A DNA stretch of 64,000 nt from Antechinus flavipes (GCF_016432865.1 NC_067398.1:658068001-658132000), one strand, 5' to 3'. Shown: positions 37,801 to 50,500, counted from the first letter of the stretch. Translations and numbers: made by a program. Notes: generated from the letters alone by a model not told the origin.

Positions 37801-40408
37801 AAGAAACTAAGCAATTTACCACGAGGTCTTCTGCTGACCAATTTTTTCTTTGCTTTTTAAAAATTCATTGTTGCAAAGCATAGATTTGGAAATAAAAGTG
37901 ATAAACAAAAGCTATCTGGTTTTTTTAATTGCCCAAGACCACATCATGGTCCTGGTTTCTTAATTCCAAGGCTCTGAATCTAATTTTTTTTTCTTTAGAA
38001 ATTGAACCCAAATTTGTTGCATTTTGCTTCATTTTCATCACTTTAGATCTGGAGGAGATCCTAGAGATCATGGAGTCCAACTGGCTCGTTTTACAGATGG
38101 GAACACTGAGGCTGTGAGACAGAAGGCAATATTTGCCTGCCATTACACAGGTCCTAAGGGGGCACAGACTCTCACTCCAAATTCACTGGGTCTTTCTAGC
38201 ACACTGCACTGCCTTTCCAAAGATCACCTTTCTCCCTGTTTTCAACTCATTCAACCAAGCATTCTCTGCCACCGTTTTCCAGTCCCTCCTAATTCCAATG
38301 CCTTCCCTCTGTTGATTCCATCCGGTATCTTGTGATTTTTGCTTGCTTGTTTGTACCTGTTTGTTGGCATGTTGTCTCCCTTTATATTATGAGCTCCTTG
38401 AGAAAAGGAACACCGCAGGCACTTAATAAATACTGGAAAGACTGCTGGAGGACTCCAAAGAATAAAAGGATCTTTCCGTTTTGCAATTCCCTGTTCTTTG
38501 ACCCGAAATAGGAAGAGTCTGCGCCGGCTGCATCTGCACGGCCTGGTTCAGGTCCTCAGCCACCTGGATGACTCGCCCCTTCTTCCCTCCACTTCCTGTC
38601 CCAGACCCCATAAAGGTGATTTCTCTAGAACACAGCAGGTCTTGACCCCATTGGGGTTATTAGATTGTGATTTATTATCAGTAAATGTTTGATTTACAGG
38701 CCTATTTTATGTACCTATATACCTGAGGGTCATGTAAACATTTCTTGAGCAAGAAGGGAGTGGAAAAAGTTTAAGAAGCCCCGCTTTAGGGGCAGCTCGG
38801 TGGCGCCGTGGGTAGGGCACCAGCCCTGAAGTTCGGAGGCCCTGAGTCAACTCTGGCCTCAGACACTTAGCACTTCCTGTCTGTGTGACCCTGGGCAAGT
38901 CACTTAACCCCAACTGTCTCAGCAAAAAAAAAAAAAAAAAAAAAAGGCGGCGGCGGCCCTGCTCTGGAAGGGAGGAGGAGGGAGGGAGATGGCCGGACCC
39001 TGCGCTCCTGCCTGGCGGGTGGGAAGGAGGTGTCCGCTGGAATCTCGGGTTTCCTCAGGGCGGTTACAGTCGGGGGTGGGAGGTGGGCCGAGAAGATGGC
39101 TGAGCTGGCGAAGGCTGGGAGGAAGCAGACACTTACAATGCGCTCAAACTCCTTGGCTTGGCTGAGCTCCCGAGGGAATCCATCTATGAGAAAGCCCTTG
39201 CTGTTTGGGCGGGACAACATGTTGTCACTCACCATGTCCAGAATCACACCCTGCGGGGCAGAGACTGGGCATTAGGGAGGCCACGTGGGTCCTGCACTAA
39301 CTTGCTAAGGGGACTTTGGGAGCTTTGCTGTCATGGGAACCACGGCGTTTACAGCTGGGAAAACTGAGACCTAGCGCCCCGGTGCTGGACTCCAGTGTCA
39401 CAATTTAAAGGAGATTTAAACAATCTGACTGCTCCACACCCGGCTCTTTCCACAGCTGCTTCAGTCATATCTGGAAAATGGACCTGGTTTCCCACCCCAT
39501 GCAATTAGCTACCCAGGCCCAAGGACACAATCGCTCAAATCTGTGAAATGGGTATAATGGCCCGTTCCGTTCCTATGGGCCAGAGAAGAGCCCTTTGAAA
39601 TGCCGTGAGGAAGGACTCGGGCCAACCCTCTAAGCTCTGGCCACAAAGGCAGAGCTGTGGGGAGCAGGGGAGACGTTAGGTGCTCACCGTGGGCACCAGC
39701 AGGCCCTTCAGCATGATGTCCCGGATCAGCTGGCCCCGCACAGTCGCCTGATTTGCCTCCTCCCTCAAAAGCTCCCCAAGGCCCACGTGGCAGAAGCCGT
39801 ACTTGGCTGCCATGTTCTCACATTGTGTCCCCTTGCCACAGCCTGGTCCCCCCATTACGAAGATGATCCGATAGGACTTGAGCAGATCTGGGGAGGGGGA
39901 GGAAGAAGGTAAGCTGGCCTGTGTATGCAGTTGGCACATATATGTGCATGCTTACTCTTGTGCTTGCTGCATACAGAATGTGGGTGCCACCTTCTGTTAC
40001 AGAATCATACCATGTAGAGCTGGCGGGGATCATATGGTCTCATACAGTGAGAAAACTAAGACTTAGTCTTTGCCAAAGATTTAAACCCAGGCCTTCTGAC
40101 TGCAAGGCTGGCACTGTCCACCAACTCACGGGTTTACATTGGCAAGGAGGGAGGACCCCTAAACAAGGAAGAGGGAGGAAGGCTCCAAGTGGTGTCCCTT
40201 CGACTTTTCTCCCCATGGCTTCTCCCCCAACCCCTCAAGGAAAGGCACCGGGTTTTCTGCCTGGATTCTGGCCCCCTCCGCTCGGCCACGGGCGTGTGGG
40301 TAGGGTAGGGGGGAGCTGGACCCCCAGAAGGGTGCCTAGAGATTTACCCTTCTGCTGAGGCCTCAGGGGTTTTCCCACCTGGGGCAGCTTGGAATGGCAT
40401 CTGCCCAT
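34826..40408 (-). CDS. Adenylate kinase isoenzyme 1-like protein, 212 aa, intact
   Basis: Exons (minus strand) 40348-40408, 39688-39887, 39137-39250, 36397-36591, 34826-34894. Total 639 nt, all GT-AG, phases consistent. Protein: MGRCHSKLPQVGKPLRPQQKDLLKSYRIIFVMGGPGCGKGTQCENMAAKYGFCHVGLGELLREE...GFLIDGFPRELSQAKEFERIVGRSPNIVIVFDCSTETMIHRVLLRGQEEHREDDAEDIVRQRLETHY...ILAEDAAENIFAKCCSVIDSLQ*. Contains the P-loop, the GFLIDGxPR motif and LID arginines. The last three intron positions match AK1. ATG context is gaagATGG. The first-exon assignment is less certain than the others. Confidence 0.9.
37575..37775 (+). mobile_element. MAR1-type CORE-SINE (similar copies at about 23138-23365, 42275-42510, 61900-62060, and 63160-63320 on the minus strand)
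   Basis: CORE TGTGACCCTAGGCAA..TTTCCTCATTTGTAAAATG followed by GGAAATGGCAAA..CTCCAGT..GCCAAGAAAA..GGGTCACGAAGAGTCAGACA. Confidence 0.8.
38789..38944 (+). mobile_element. WSINE1-like SINE in an AK1-like intron
   Basis: GGGGCAGCTCGGTGGCGCCGTGG..CCCCAACTGTCTCAGC followed by a long pure poly-A. CpGs are retained, suggesting a young insertion. Confidence 0.9.
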
Positions 40409-41394
40409 CTTCCCAGTAGCCCTGGGGGCTTAATGACCCTGCCCACCAACTTCTCCCTCCTGGATCTTGTACTTCCAGAACCCCTTTGGTCCTAACTCAG
40501 CATTTTTCTCCCTCTTTACCCTCCCACCCCTGCTCCCCTAGCTTTCTGATGTCATAAGGAACTCTGGGGCCCCTACTATTGCCCTTACCTTGGGTGGGGA
40601 GGGAAAGGAGACATACATGGGCCAGGAAAAGAGAGTAGCATTGGACTCTGGGAGCCAACACAGAATCTGGACGAAATCTTAGAGATAATTTAATCCGGGA
40701 GTTCCAAACCCTATTTGTGTCAAGGAGCAGTCTGGTAAAAGCTATGGATCTCTTTTCAGAAAAATGTTTATATGCAAATACACACATATATAGACATGCA
40801 TTCATGTGTGTATGTCTATGTGTTTGTGTTTATATATGTAGGTGTGTGTATAGATATACATGAATTATATTGAAATAGTTACCTATTTTTTTTTTAAGTT
40901 CATGTACCTTGAGTTAAGAATTCCTAACATAGTCTTACCTTTTGTTTTTCAGATAGGGAAACTGAGGTACAGAGAGTCAAAGTGACTTGCTCAAGTCCAA
41001 AGACACACAAGCTTAGTGGGGCAAGGAGTCTGGGGTCCAAGCCAGGTCTTTTGATTACAAATCCAATGGTCCTTCCTCCATACTTCTTCATCCAAAGTGT
41101 GATCTCTGTATTCAGTGCCTTAGAGAAAATGAATTTCCATGATCTCCCATATCTGGGTTCATTTAAATCTCTGTTGACATCTGAGCTATAGGTCAGGTTT
41201 TGTTCTGCTTTTACTAATAGGTTCAAAAATAATTACAGAAGACAAAGTCAAAGAAGACAACTCTGGCTCTTCTCTCCACCACTGTTCCTGCTGAACACCA
41301 CTGTATGCCTTTTTTCCCCCCGCTCCTCCTATCTGTCTCCCCCAAATATCTCCATCTCTCTCTTATTCACAAGGCCTCAGAGATAGACAGCAAT

Positions 41395-42040
41395 GTGCAA
41401 GAATGTTTGTGGCCAGAAACTGGAAACTGAGAGGATGCCCATCAATTGGAGATTGGTTGGGTAAATTGTGGCATATGAATATTATGGGATATTATTGTTC
41501 TGTAAGAAATGACCAGCAGGATGAATACAGAGAAGACTGGCGAGACTTACATGAACTGATGCTAAGTGAAATGAGCAAAACCAGGAGATCATTATACTTG
41601 GCAACAATATTATACAATGATCAGTTCTGATGGACGTGGCCCTCTTCAATAATGAGATGAACCAAATCAGTTCCAATGGAGCAGTAATAAACTGAACCAG
41701 CTACACCCAGCGAAAGAACTCTGGAAGATGACTGTGAACCACTACATAGAATTCCCAATCCCTATATTTTTGTCCACCTGCACTTTTGATTTCCTTCACA
41801 GGCTAATTGTACACTATCTCAAAGTCCGATTCTTTTTGTACAGCAAAATAACTGTATGGACATGTATACATATATTGTATTTGACTTATACTTTAACATA
41901 TTTGTATTGGTCAAGCTGCCATCTGGGGGAGGCGGTGGGGGGAAGGAGAAAAATTGGAACAAAAAGTTTTTGCAACTGTCAATGCTGAAAAATTATCCAT
42001 GCATATATTATGTAAATTAAAAGCTATATGATAAAAAAAA
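41395..42040 (+). mobile_element. L1 ORF2 end plus 3' UTR
   Basis: ORF 41403-41630 MFVARNWKLRGCPSIGDWLGKLWHMNIMGYY. Poly-A near 42033-42042. Confidence 0.9.
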
Positions 42041-44173
42041 AAGACAGCAGAGGTGTAAAATGGATAATTTTGGTAATTTGCCACATTTCTCTCAGGCATT
42101 AATTACTTTGATTCTGATTCAGGAAGGAACCTCAGAGAACTAGGTACCTATACACATCTCTATATGGGAAATACCCATAGGCTTGAGAAATTTTCCTCCA
42201 ACCTTCCATTCCTGGGAAGCTTGCTACCTTCCAAGGGAACCATTCCAATATTAGACACTATATTGTCTATATGTTACCAGGTGGCACAGTAGATGGAAAG
42301 ATGGGCCTGAAGTCAGGGAGCCTCATCCTCCTGAGTTCAAATTTGGCTTCAGACAGTTATTAGCTGTAGGACTCAGGCAAGTGACTTAACTCCATTTGTC
42401 TCAGCTTGCTTCCTCATTTGTAAAATGAACTGGAGAAAGAAATGGCAAACTAATTTAGTATCTTTGCCAAGAAAATCTCAAATGGAGTTATGAAGTCAGA
42501 CGTGACTGAAAAATAGACATTAAGCTTTTCCTAATAATTCAGCCTAACTTTGTACCTCTACATCAATACCTCTTACCCCCCCCCCCACATATTTATACAT
42601 GAAAGACAGAGAGGACAATTGTGGGGACAATCTGCTGGCAGACCTCAGAGAGGACGGGATCAAATGCACAAGTAGAAAGGTTGACTTTATCAAGAACAGC
42701 CATCTTTTCCTCAGAGGAGAACTGCTGTTTGGAATCAAGTATACCGAGATGTAAAATGGGAGAAAAGAAGAAAACTCATGGAGAATATTTTCTCATTAAA
42801 ATATAAGGTGAGGTCCTGATATGATGTGGAGATTAGGGGCAGGGGAAAGCAGCTATGGGAAGCTTGAGGGGAAAAGAGAAAGTTTGGAATATCCTCTGTG
42901 TTGAAATGAGGTAGGGAATCAGAGAGCATTAAAAAGATTACCTTGCTGCTGCAGGGAAGACCCAAATGAAACCAGGCAGCATAAATTTGTAGTGGCTGCC
43001 AGAAACTGCTGCTCTAAGTGTCCCCTCTCTCCCCCCCACTCACTCTTTCTGTTTCAGCTCACTCTCTCAAGGGCAGCGGCAGCATCAGCACCACTCCCCC
43101 TGCCCCCCTCAGCCCCCATTCCTAGAAAACAGCCTGCATCTATCTGTTTGGGACTCAGCTGCTGTGCTGATTAAGCCAGGTTAAGGCTCAGGCCGCAGCT
43201 TCAGTGGTCCCCACAGCAACCGACTGCTCCCTGTGGGTGGCCTGGCTTACAGGGCCCATTTTTCTTCTCTTTCCCACTCTCTTCTATCTCAAACTCAGAA
43301 GAGGAGTTCAAAGGTTGTGTCAGGGGAGCAGGTGCTCTTGCAAGTCCTAATAAGCTGGTAAAGTTTTGAGTCACTGCATTGTGTGGCAATTGTCCAAAGA
43401 GCACAGACTATCTTCAGAACACTGACTACATGGGCCACAATAACTGACGGAAAAGCACCTACAAAGAGGGGTGGGGTTTTTCTCTCTCAGTGTATAAGAA
43501 GCAATGATGAAAGATTCCTGATGTGAGGAAATAGCTTGATTATCATTCAAGCTCTTTCCTGACCTCTGCTTCCACAGCATCAGATACCCAAAGGACATTT
43601 CAAACTGGATGACCCATGGGCAGCTAAAATTTACTCTGTCCAAAACACAATTCATTGATTTTCTTTTCCCAAACTTCCCTATTTCTGCCAGTCACCATCA
43701 TTTTTCCAGTCTCCCAGGTTTATAACATTGTCATCATCTTCAATTATTTCTTCTCCTCCTGCTAGCCAATCAGTGGCTGAATCTTACTGCTCCTACCTCC
43801 GCATCTCTGCCATCATTCCACTCACACAAATATGACTTTACATATATGATTTTAATTTAGACCCTTATTCAGATCTTGCCCTAGACCATTGTAATAATGC
43901 CCTCTGATCAGATCTCCTTCACTCATCAGTCACCATTTCAACTCCTTCACAAAGCAGCCAAAATGATTTTCCTTAATGATTATCCAGTCATGTGATCTCT
44001 CTTGTGGGTCCCTCTTAAAATGAAATATAAATAACTGTTAGCTTTTAAAACCCTTCACAATTTGATCCCAAGGAGGGAGATTTTGGTTTGGGAAGTTACG
44101 GAAGGGTGAGCTGTAGGATAATGAATCAATGTGCCCTTTTCAGATGCAATGTAGAGTTCATCTGATTAACTTT

Positions 44174-45211
44174 TTAAAAAAATTTTATTTTATTTAATAA
44201 TAACTTTATATTGACAGAATCCATGCCAGGGTAATTTTTTTTACAACATTATCCCTTGCACTCGCTTCTGTTTCGATTTTTCCCCTCCCTCCCACCACCC
44301 CCTTCCCTAGATGGCAAGCAGTCCTATATATGTTAGATATGTTGCAGTATATCCTAGATACAATATATGTTTGCAGAACCGTGCAGTTCTCTTGTTGCAC
44401 AGGGAGAATTGGATTCAGAAGGTATAAATAATCCGGGAAGAAAAACAAAAATGCAGATAGTTCACATTCGTTTCCCAGTGTTCTTTCTTTGGGTGTAACT
44501 GCTTCTGTCCATCATTGATCAACTGAAACTCAGGTCTCTTTGTCAAAGAAATCCACTTCCATCAGAATACATCCTCATACAATATCGTTGTCGAATTGTA
44601 AAGTGATCTCCTGGTTCTGCTCATTTCACTTAGCATCAGTTCATGTAGGTCTCTCCAAGCCTCTCTGTATTCATCCTACTGGTCATTTCTTACAGAACAA
44701 TAATATTCCATAACATTCATATACCACAATTTACCCAGCCATTCTCCAATTGATGGGCATCCATTCAATTTCCAGCTTCTAGCCACTACAAATAGGGCTG
44801 CTACAAACATTTTGGCACATACAGGTCCCTTTCCCTTCTTTAGTATTTCTTTGGGATATAAGCCCAATAGAAACACTGCTGGATCAAAGGGTATGCACAA
44901 TTTGGTAACTTTTTGGGCATAATTCCAGATTGCTCTCCAGAATGGTTGGATTCATTCACAACTCCACCAACAATGCATCAGTGTCCCTGTTTTCCCACAT
45001 CCCCTCCAACATTCATCATTATTTTTTCCTGTCATCTTAGCCAATCTGACAGGTGTGTAGTGATATCTCAGAGTTGTCTTAATTTGCATTTCTCTGATCA
45101 ATAATGATTTGGAACACTCTTTCATATGAGTGGAAATAGTTCCAATTTCATCATCTGAAATTTGTCTGTTCATATCCTTTGACCATTTATCAATTGGAGA
45201 ATGGCTTGATT
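44174..45211 (-). mobile_element. Young 5'-truncated L1 with a 14-bp target-site duplication
   Basis: Minus ORFs 44952-45173 and 44676-44900 are L1 ORF2 C-terminus. ATCTGATTAACTTT occurs at 44160-44173 and 45212-45225. Confidence 0.95.
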
Positions 45212-45849
45212 ATCTGATTAACTTTCAAAGCAAGAGAAGGCTCCAAATAGGGTCTGGGGCTGGCTGTATATACTAAAATCTCACTGATCAGAAAGTCTGC
45301 CTCCAAGGAAAGAATTTCAGTTTTTCCAGAAAGTGATCTTGGAGCTAAAATACTAGAGGAGAAAGTAAGAAACAAGGAAAAAAAAATCTTGATGGTGGAA
45401 CTTAAGGTTTACTAAGGAAGAGATAGGGATGAATTCTGGGAATATGATTTTGTTGTTATAGAGAAATCTCAAATGAAAAATTCCCTCTACCAATGTAGGC
45501 CAGCATCTTCTCTACAATAAATAGTCATAGAGAATTGCCTGGACCACTAAGAGGATCACATATCACGTGGCAAGTTTTCCTGGTTTCAAGGACAACATTC
45601 TACCCACTGCACTACACTGGCTCTGGGAGGTTACCAGACGTATTTCATGTGGAGCCCGGCAGAGTGGAAGGCTGAAGCTGGTGGAAGCTCAGCGGAGGCA
45701 GCCGTCAATAATTGCTGAACGCTATGTTTCCAGCACTGCCTAAGTGCTGAAAGGCTAACTCCTATGGAAGTCAGCATTAAGTCCCACCTGTTGGGGGAGC
45801 TTCTCTACAGCCATCAGACAGAGCAGGCGGGAGTTTCTGGGAGTGCAGA

Positions 45850-47500
45850 CAAGCTAAGGAGATTCGGCCTTCCCTCCTCAGTCACGCTGGGACCCATCTC
45901 CCCGAACCCGCTGCAGTTTTAACACGCGGGAACAGTATAATACGGCAGCCCAAAAGCTCGCGGAATCCGAGGCTGCAGAGAGACGCCCCCCGGAGGAGAC
46001 TGTCTTGCGGCACACAGCAAACCGGGTGTGCTTGCGCTTGCGCTTGGGCCGGGGAGCGCAGTTAGAGAGGAGCGGGAGGCGACCCGCGGAACCACCACGG
46101 AGGAGCTGGACTGGCTGCCTTTCAGTCTTTTGGAAGCAGGATAGCCCTGGGTCGTTTAGCGCCACGGGGGATAAACAGGTGGCAGCGTCAGTGAGGCAAA
46201 TTAAAGCTTGCTATAAAAGAAAAGTTCCTGACCGAGCTGTACAAAAGTAGCATGGCAGCTCCTCCCACGGGGGGAGTTTCTGAGCAGCGGCTGGATGGGC
46301 ACTTTCACAGGTTGTGCCGCAGAGAGGGTTGGACCAGAGCCCCTAAGGTCCGCACCAGCTCCAAAGAGGTGGATGCTGCTGTTTGCAGGAAGGGGGAAGG
46401 GAGAGGAAGCCTAGAGTGCAGTTGCCATGGCCTCGCAGTTGCCGTGACAACTCAACGAGAGAAACTGCAGGGAGAGTGCGCCTGCGCACAGGGCTCGGGC
46501 TCTCTTCCCCATGTCCGGGAGATTCAAGAACTACGAATCCCGAGATGCGCCACTACAACGAAAATCCTGCGAATGCCCACAGATAGTTCTACAAGATAAC
46601 GACACAGGAAATGCCTGGGTCAGTCCAGCGCCTCATGAATAATTAATGAAGCACGATTGACTCCTTTCCCAAGACCGAGGATGGGAAAGAGACCCATTCC
46701 GCCTCCGCAGCGCCCACACCCAGGCTTGTCTACGTTGTGGGGAAGGGGCTGCGCCTTCTGGAGACATATTTGCACAAACCTGGAAGCTTGCAATGGCTCG
46801 CCGCTTGGATCGGGTTTGATCCACTCCCGTAAGGCCGTCAACGGTTGTCAAGACGACGACGCGGAAAGTTTAGTTTCCGGGTCAAGCCGCGGCGCTTGCT
46901 GGGACTCCAAGTTTACAGTGGTGGCTCTTCCTTGTTTGAGGTAGGGACCTGGCCGGCGTCTTCGGGGTTCGGAGGGAGATTAGGAGCGGAGTGCGCGACG
47001 ATTTTTGACCCTCCACGCGGTCACGCAGCGGGCCCAACTTTGGACAAGATGACGAGTTTGGTGAGTGGGTGGGAGCGGCGTGCGTGGGACCCCCTCCGTC
47101 CCCGGCCCCTGTCCCGTGGGGGTAGTGACTCGTGACCACTAGCTCACGAGCTCGCTTGTATTAGGCGCCCGCTGTGTGCTGTACACGACGCTAAGCCCTG
47201 CTAATGCAAAGCAAATCGGAGGCCATCCGCCCTCCAGATCTCCTTGTCCGCGCGGATGCCCCCGTTGGTGCGCTGCAGTTGCGGGCCCGGGAGTCAGCCT
47301 TCCTGGGCGCGGCTGTGCCCGTCCCAGACGCTCCTTTCGGACCATGGGCAGCCTTGCATTTTAAAGGGGCGCACTTCTCCGACTCGTGTCTCTCTCTCTG
47401 TAGGGGACCAGCAGTCAGACTGTGACTGAATATGTCGTTCGAGTTCCCAAGTGAGTTCTGCTGGGGATGGGGAGCGGGGGGTGGGGGGACGGCTCAGATC
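45850..47500. promoter_or_regulatory. CpG-rich, probably bidirectional promoter (GTF2F1 copy 2 rightward, AK1-like leftward)
   Basis: CpG-rich. X-box GTTGCCGTGACAAC 46438-46451, NRF1 TGCGCCTGCGCA 46477-46488, ACTACGAATCCC 46530-46541, ATGAATAATTAATG 46635-46648, TTTCCGG 46874-46880. Use for the leftward gene is inferred. Confidence 0.75.
45930..46365 (+). mobile_element. L3/CR1 3' relic at the equivalent position in the copy 2 promoter
   Basis: CAGTATAATACGGCAGCCCAAAAG..GAGGCTGCA, ATTAAAGCTTGCTATA and GAGGGTTGGACC..AAGGTC are colinear with 7430-7960. Confidence 0.6.
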
Positions 47501-50500
47501 CCAGCCCCGGCTTCCGTCCTGTTTCTTGCCTTTCCTGGCCTGCTAACAATTCTCTTCCTACAGAAACAACCTCAAGAGGTACAATATTATGGCTTTCAAT
47601 GCAGCTGACAAAGTCAACTTCTCCACCTGGCACCAGGTAAGTCTGGGATTCTGGCACAGTCTAGAAGCCTTAAGGTAAATGGAAAGGAGACTCGAACCCA
47701 CAGCTAGGAGCGGGGGTTGGTGAGCTTCTGAGCTCAGGGGGGTGAGGTCTGCACGGGCAGAGGAGAGGGCGTCTCACTTTTGTCAGTCCCTCAGCGACAT
47801 ATTCAATTGCAATTTTTGCTCAGGTTGTCATTTGAAATACAAGAGAAACATAAGAGGAAAAAAATCTCTCCTCAGCACCAAATAAGGTAACTAAGTAAGT
47901 GTTAGGCTAGAAAGCTCAGACAGGACTGTAGATCATGGAGGCCATTGTATAGGAAAGGCAGCCTGAAGAAGGCAGGGCTGGATCAGAGCCTGGACAGTGG
48001 AGGTGAATAGCGTAAGGCTGGACCAGCCAACTCCTGGGGGCTGCGGGAGGTGAGGCAAGATGTCCCCCCAGTTCTTGCGGGGGCTCCGAGATGAGTTTGC
48101 TTCTCACGTGTCAGGCCAAGATGGAACGGGATCTGAGCAACAAGAAGATCTATCAGGAGGAAGAGATGCCAGAGTCTGGGGCTGGCAGTGAGTTTAACCG
48201 GAAGCTCCGGGATGAGGCCAGGAGGAAGAAGTACGGCATCGTTCTCAAGGCCTTCAAGGCTGAAGACCAGCCCTGGCTACTCAAAGTCAACGGCAAAACA
48301 GGCAGAAGGTGAGCGGGCCTTGGGGAGGCCCCTCCCCCCCGGGTCTGGCCTTTTGTCCTCCTGGGAGGGGAAGCGGGGCTGGAGCATTCTTCCAGCTTTA
48401 GGGGATGAGGCCCCGGGGAGCTCCTGGTCTGCCTGAGGCTCTGGCCCCATCCTGGGCCATGTTCCCAACCCTGTCAGTGCCTTGAGACTCAGCGGGCTGA
48501 GAGACCTGGAGGCCCCAGAGGAGTGGCAGGGCCCGGACAGCGAAGACATCTTTGTCCTCTTTCCTCTTGCCTGCTGCAGGTTCAAGGGAGTGAAGAAGGG
48601 CGGGGTGACAGAAAACACCTCGTACTACATCTTCACCCAGTGCCCCGACGGGGCCTTCGAAGCCTTCCCCGTGCACAACTGGTACAACTTCACTCCTCTG
48701 GCGCGGCACCGGACGCTCACCGCCGAGGAGGCCGAGGAGGAATGGGAAAGGTGAGTGGGCCGGGATAGCAGGGAGGGCCCACCTCCCATGGGGGCTCAGT
48801 CACTGCAGCCTGCGGGGGGTCCCCGGGCTCCAGCTGCGCTCCCCCCTCAGCCTTTGCGTCAGGCTGCTGTGGTAGCTCTTTATTGAACTTCCTGGGCCGT
48901 GTGATGCTCCGTGTGTCCTCTGCCTCCTAGTGGCCCTGGGTCAGAGAGCTTCTGCCTTTGAGAGCTTGGCCGAGTCCCCTCAGGTCCCGGGCCAGGGGAC
49001 GTCTGAGTTTGCTCCGGCTCTTCTTCTGTGATCCGGGGATCCAGGGGAATGTGACAGCAGCGGATCATGGGTAGCTTTCCTAATTCCACGAGGGTTCCTG
49101 CCCCTGCTCCTTGGCTTTGGAAGGGCCTGAGACAGACAGACCCCACAGCCCTCCCAGTGCAAACAAGCCTAAGCGCGGAGGGAAAGGCAGAGAGCTCTGA
49201 GTGGGCCTCCTCAGTCAGGGAGGCTTCCTGGATAGAGGGACTGCCCCTCGTGGCGACCCCACATGATGCACAGCCTTGTTTGCAGGAGGAACAAAGTCCT
49301 GAACCACTTCAGCATCATGCAGCAGCGGCGGCTGAAGGACCAGGACCACGACGAGGATGAGGATGAGCATAAAGAGAAGAAGAGCCGGAAGAAGCCCAGT
49401 GAGCTCCGCATCCACGACCTGGAGGACGACCTGGAGATGAGCTCTGAGGACAGCAACAGCAGTGGGGAGGAGGGTGAGCATGGGGGGCTGGGGCTGTGCC
49501 GGGGGAAAGGCCCCCAGGGATCAGTGACCAGGACCTGACCCCGCCCTGCTCTCCCCAGGAGAGAAGGTCCCCAAGAGCAAGAAGAAGGCGGCTGCCTCCA
49601 GGGGGGGCAAGAAGAAGAAGAAGAAGGGCTCTGATGATGAGGCCTTTGAGGACAGCGATGATGGGGACTTTGAGGGCCAGGAGGTGGACTACATGTCAGA
49701 TGGCTCCAGGTAAGGGACACGGGCTCCATCCCCTCCCCCCCCCCCAACCCCTCCCCTTCTTCCTTCCACCACCTGCTCACCTGCAGCCTGTGCTTTCCCC
49801 TGCAGCAGCTCTGAGGAGGAGGCAGTAGGGAAAACCAAGGTGGTCCAGCAGGAGGAGGACGGCCCTAAAGGTAGGTGTGGGCTTGAGGGCAGGACCCATC
49901 CCTCCCTTTGTCTTTCCTTGTGCAGAGCAGGTCGGCCAGTACTGGTTAAACGCGGGCCACTGAGGAGACTTGTGCTGGAGAGAAAAAGGCCCTGCCCTCA
50001 AAGGGTTTGTGGGGTGGGGGAGGAATGGGATAAGCTCTGCTTTCCTTATGTTGAATTGGAAACGCGTGTGGGCAACATCCAGTTGGAAAGAGAAAAAGGC
50101 AATTATGCTTAATTAAGAGATCAATGGTAACCTTGATGACAGTGGTTGCAAAATGGAGTTCGTTTGCTTCCAAAAGCCAGGCTCCTGTAAGGAGCTGAGG
50201 AGGCAGTGGCAGGGGAGGGAGCGCTTTCCGTGAGGAAGGCTGGGAAGGAGCAGAGAGCCACAGGCCTTTAGCTGCAGAGGATGCTTTAAGCCTGGGCTAA
50301 GTCTCGGGGTGCCAGTAGCAGCAGGCAGGGGCAGGTCGGGGTCCCCGGACCAGGAGAGTGTTCTGGCTTCCCCTCAGGCATTGATGAGGAAAGTGAAAGC
50401 AGTGAGGAGAGTGAGGAGGAGAAGCCCCCCGAGGAGGAGGAGAAGGAGGAAGAAGATAAGAAGGTCCCCAACCCGCAGGAGAAGAAGAGGAGGAAAGGTG

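Noticed and set aside
42942-42965. LGLPCSSK followed by a GT donor as the first AK1-like coding exon
   Set aside because: It starts with TTG rather than ATG and ends in phase 0, which does not fit the phase-1 acceptor at 39887. Exon 40348-40408 fits instead.
45878-46599. ORFs in the copy 2 upstream region as a novel gene
   Set aside because: They lie in a GC-rich island over an L3 relic, most have non-ATG starts, and the frames are not conserved in the paralogous 7.4-8.2 kb region.
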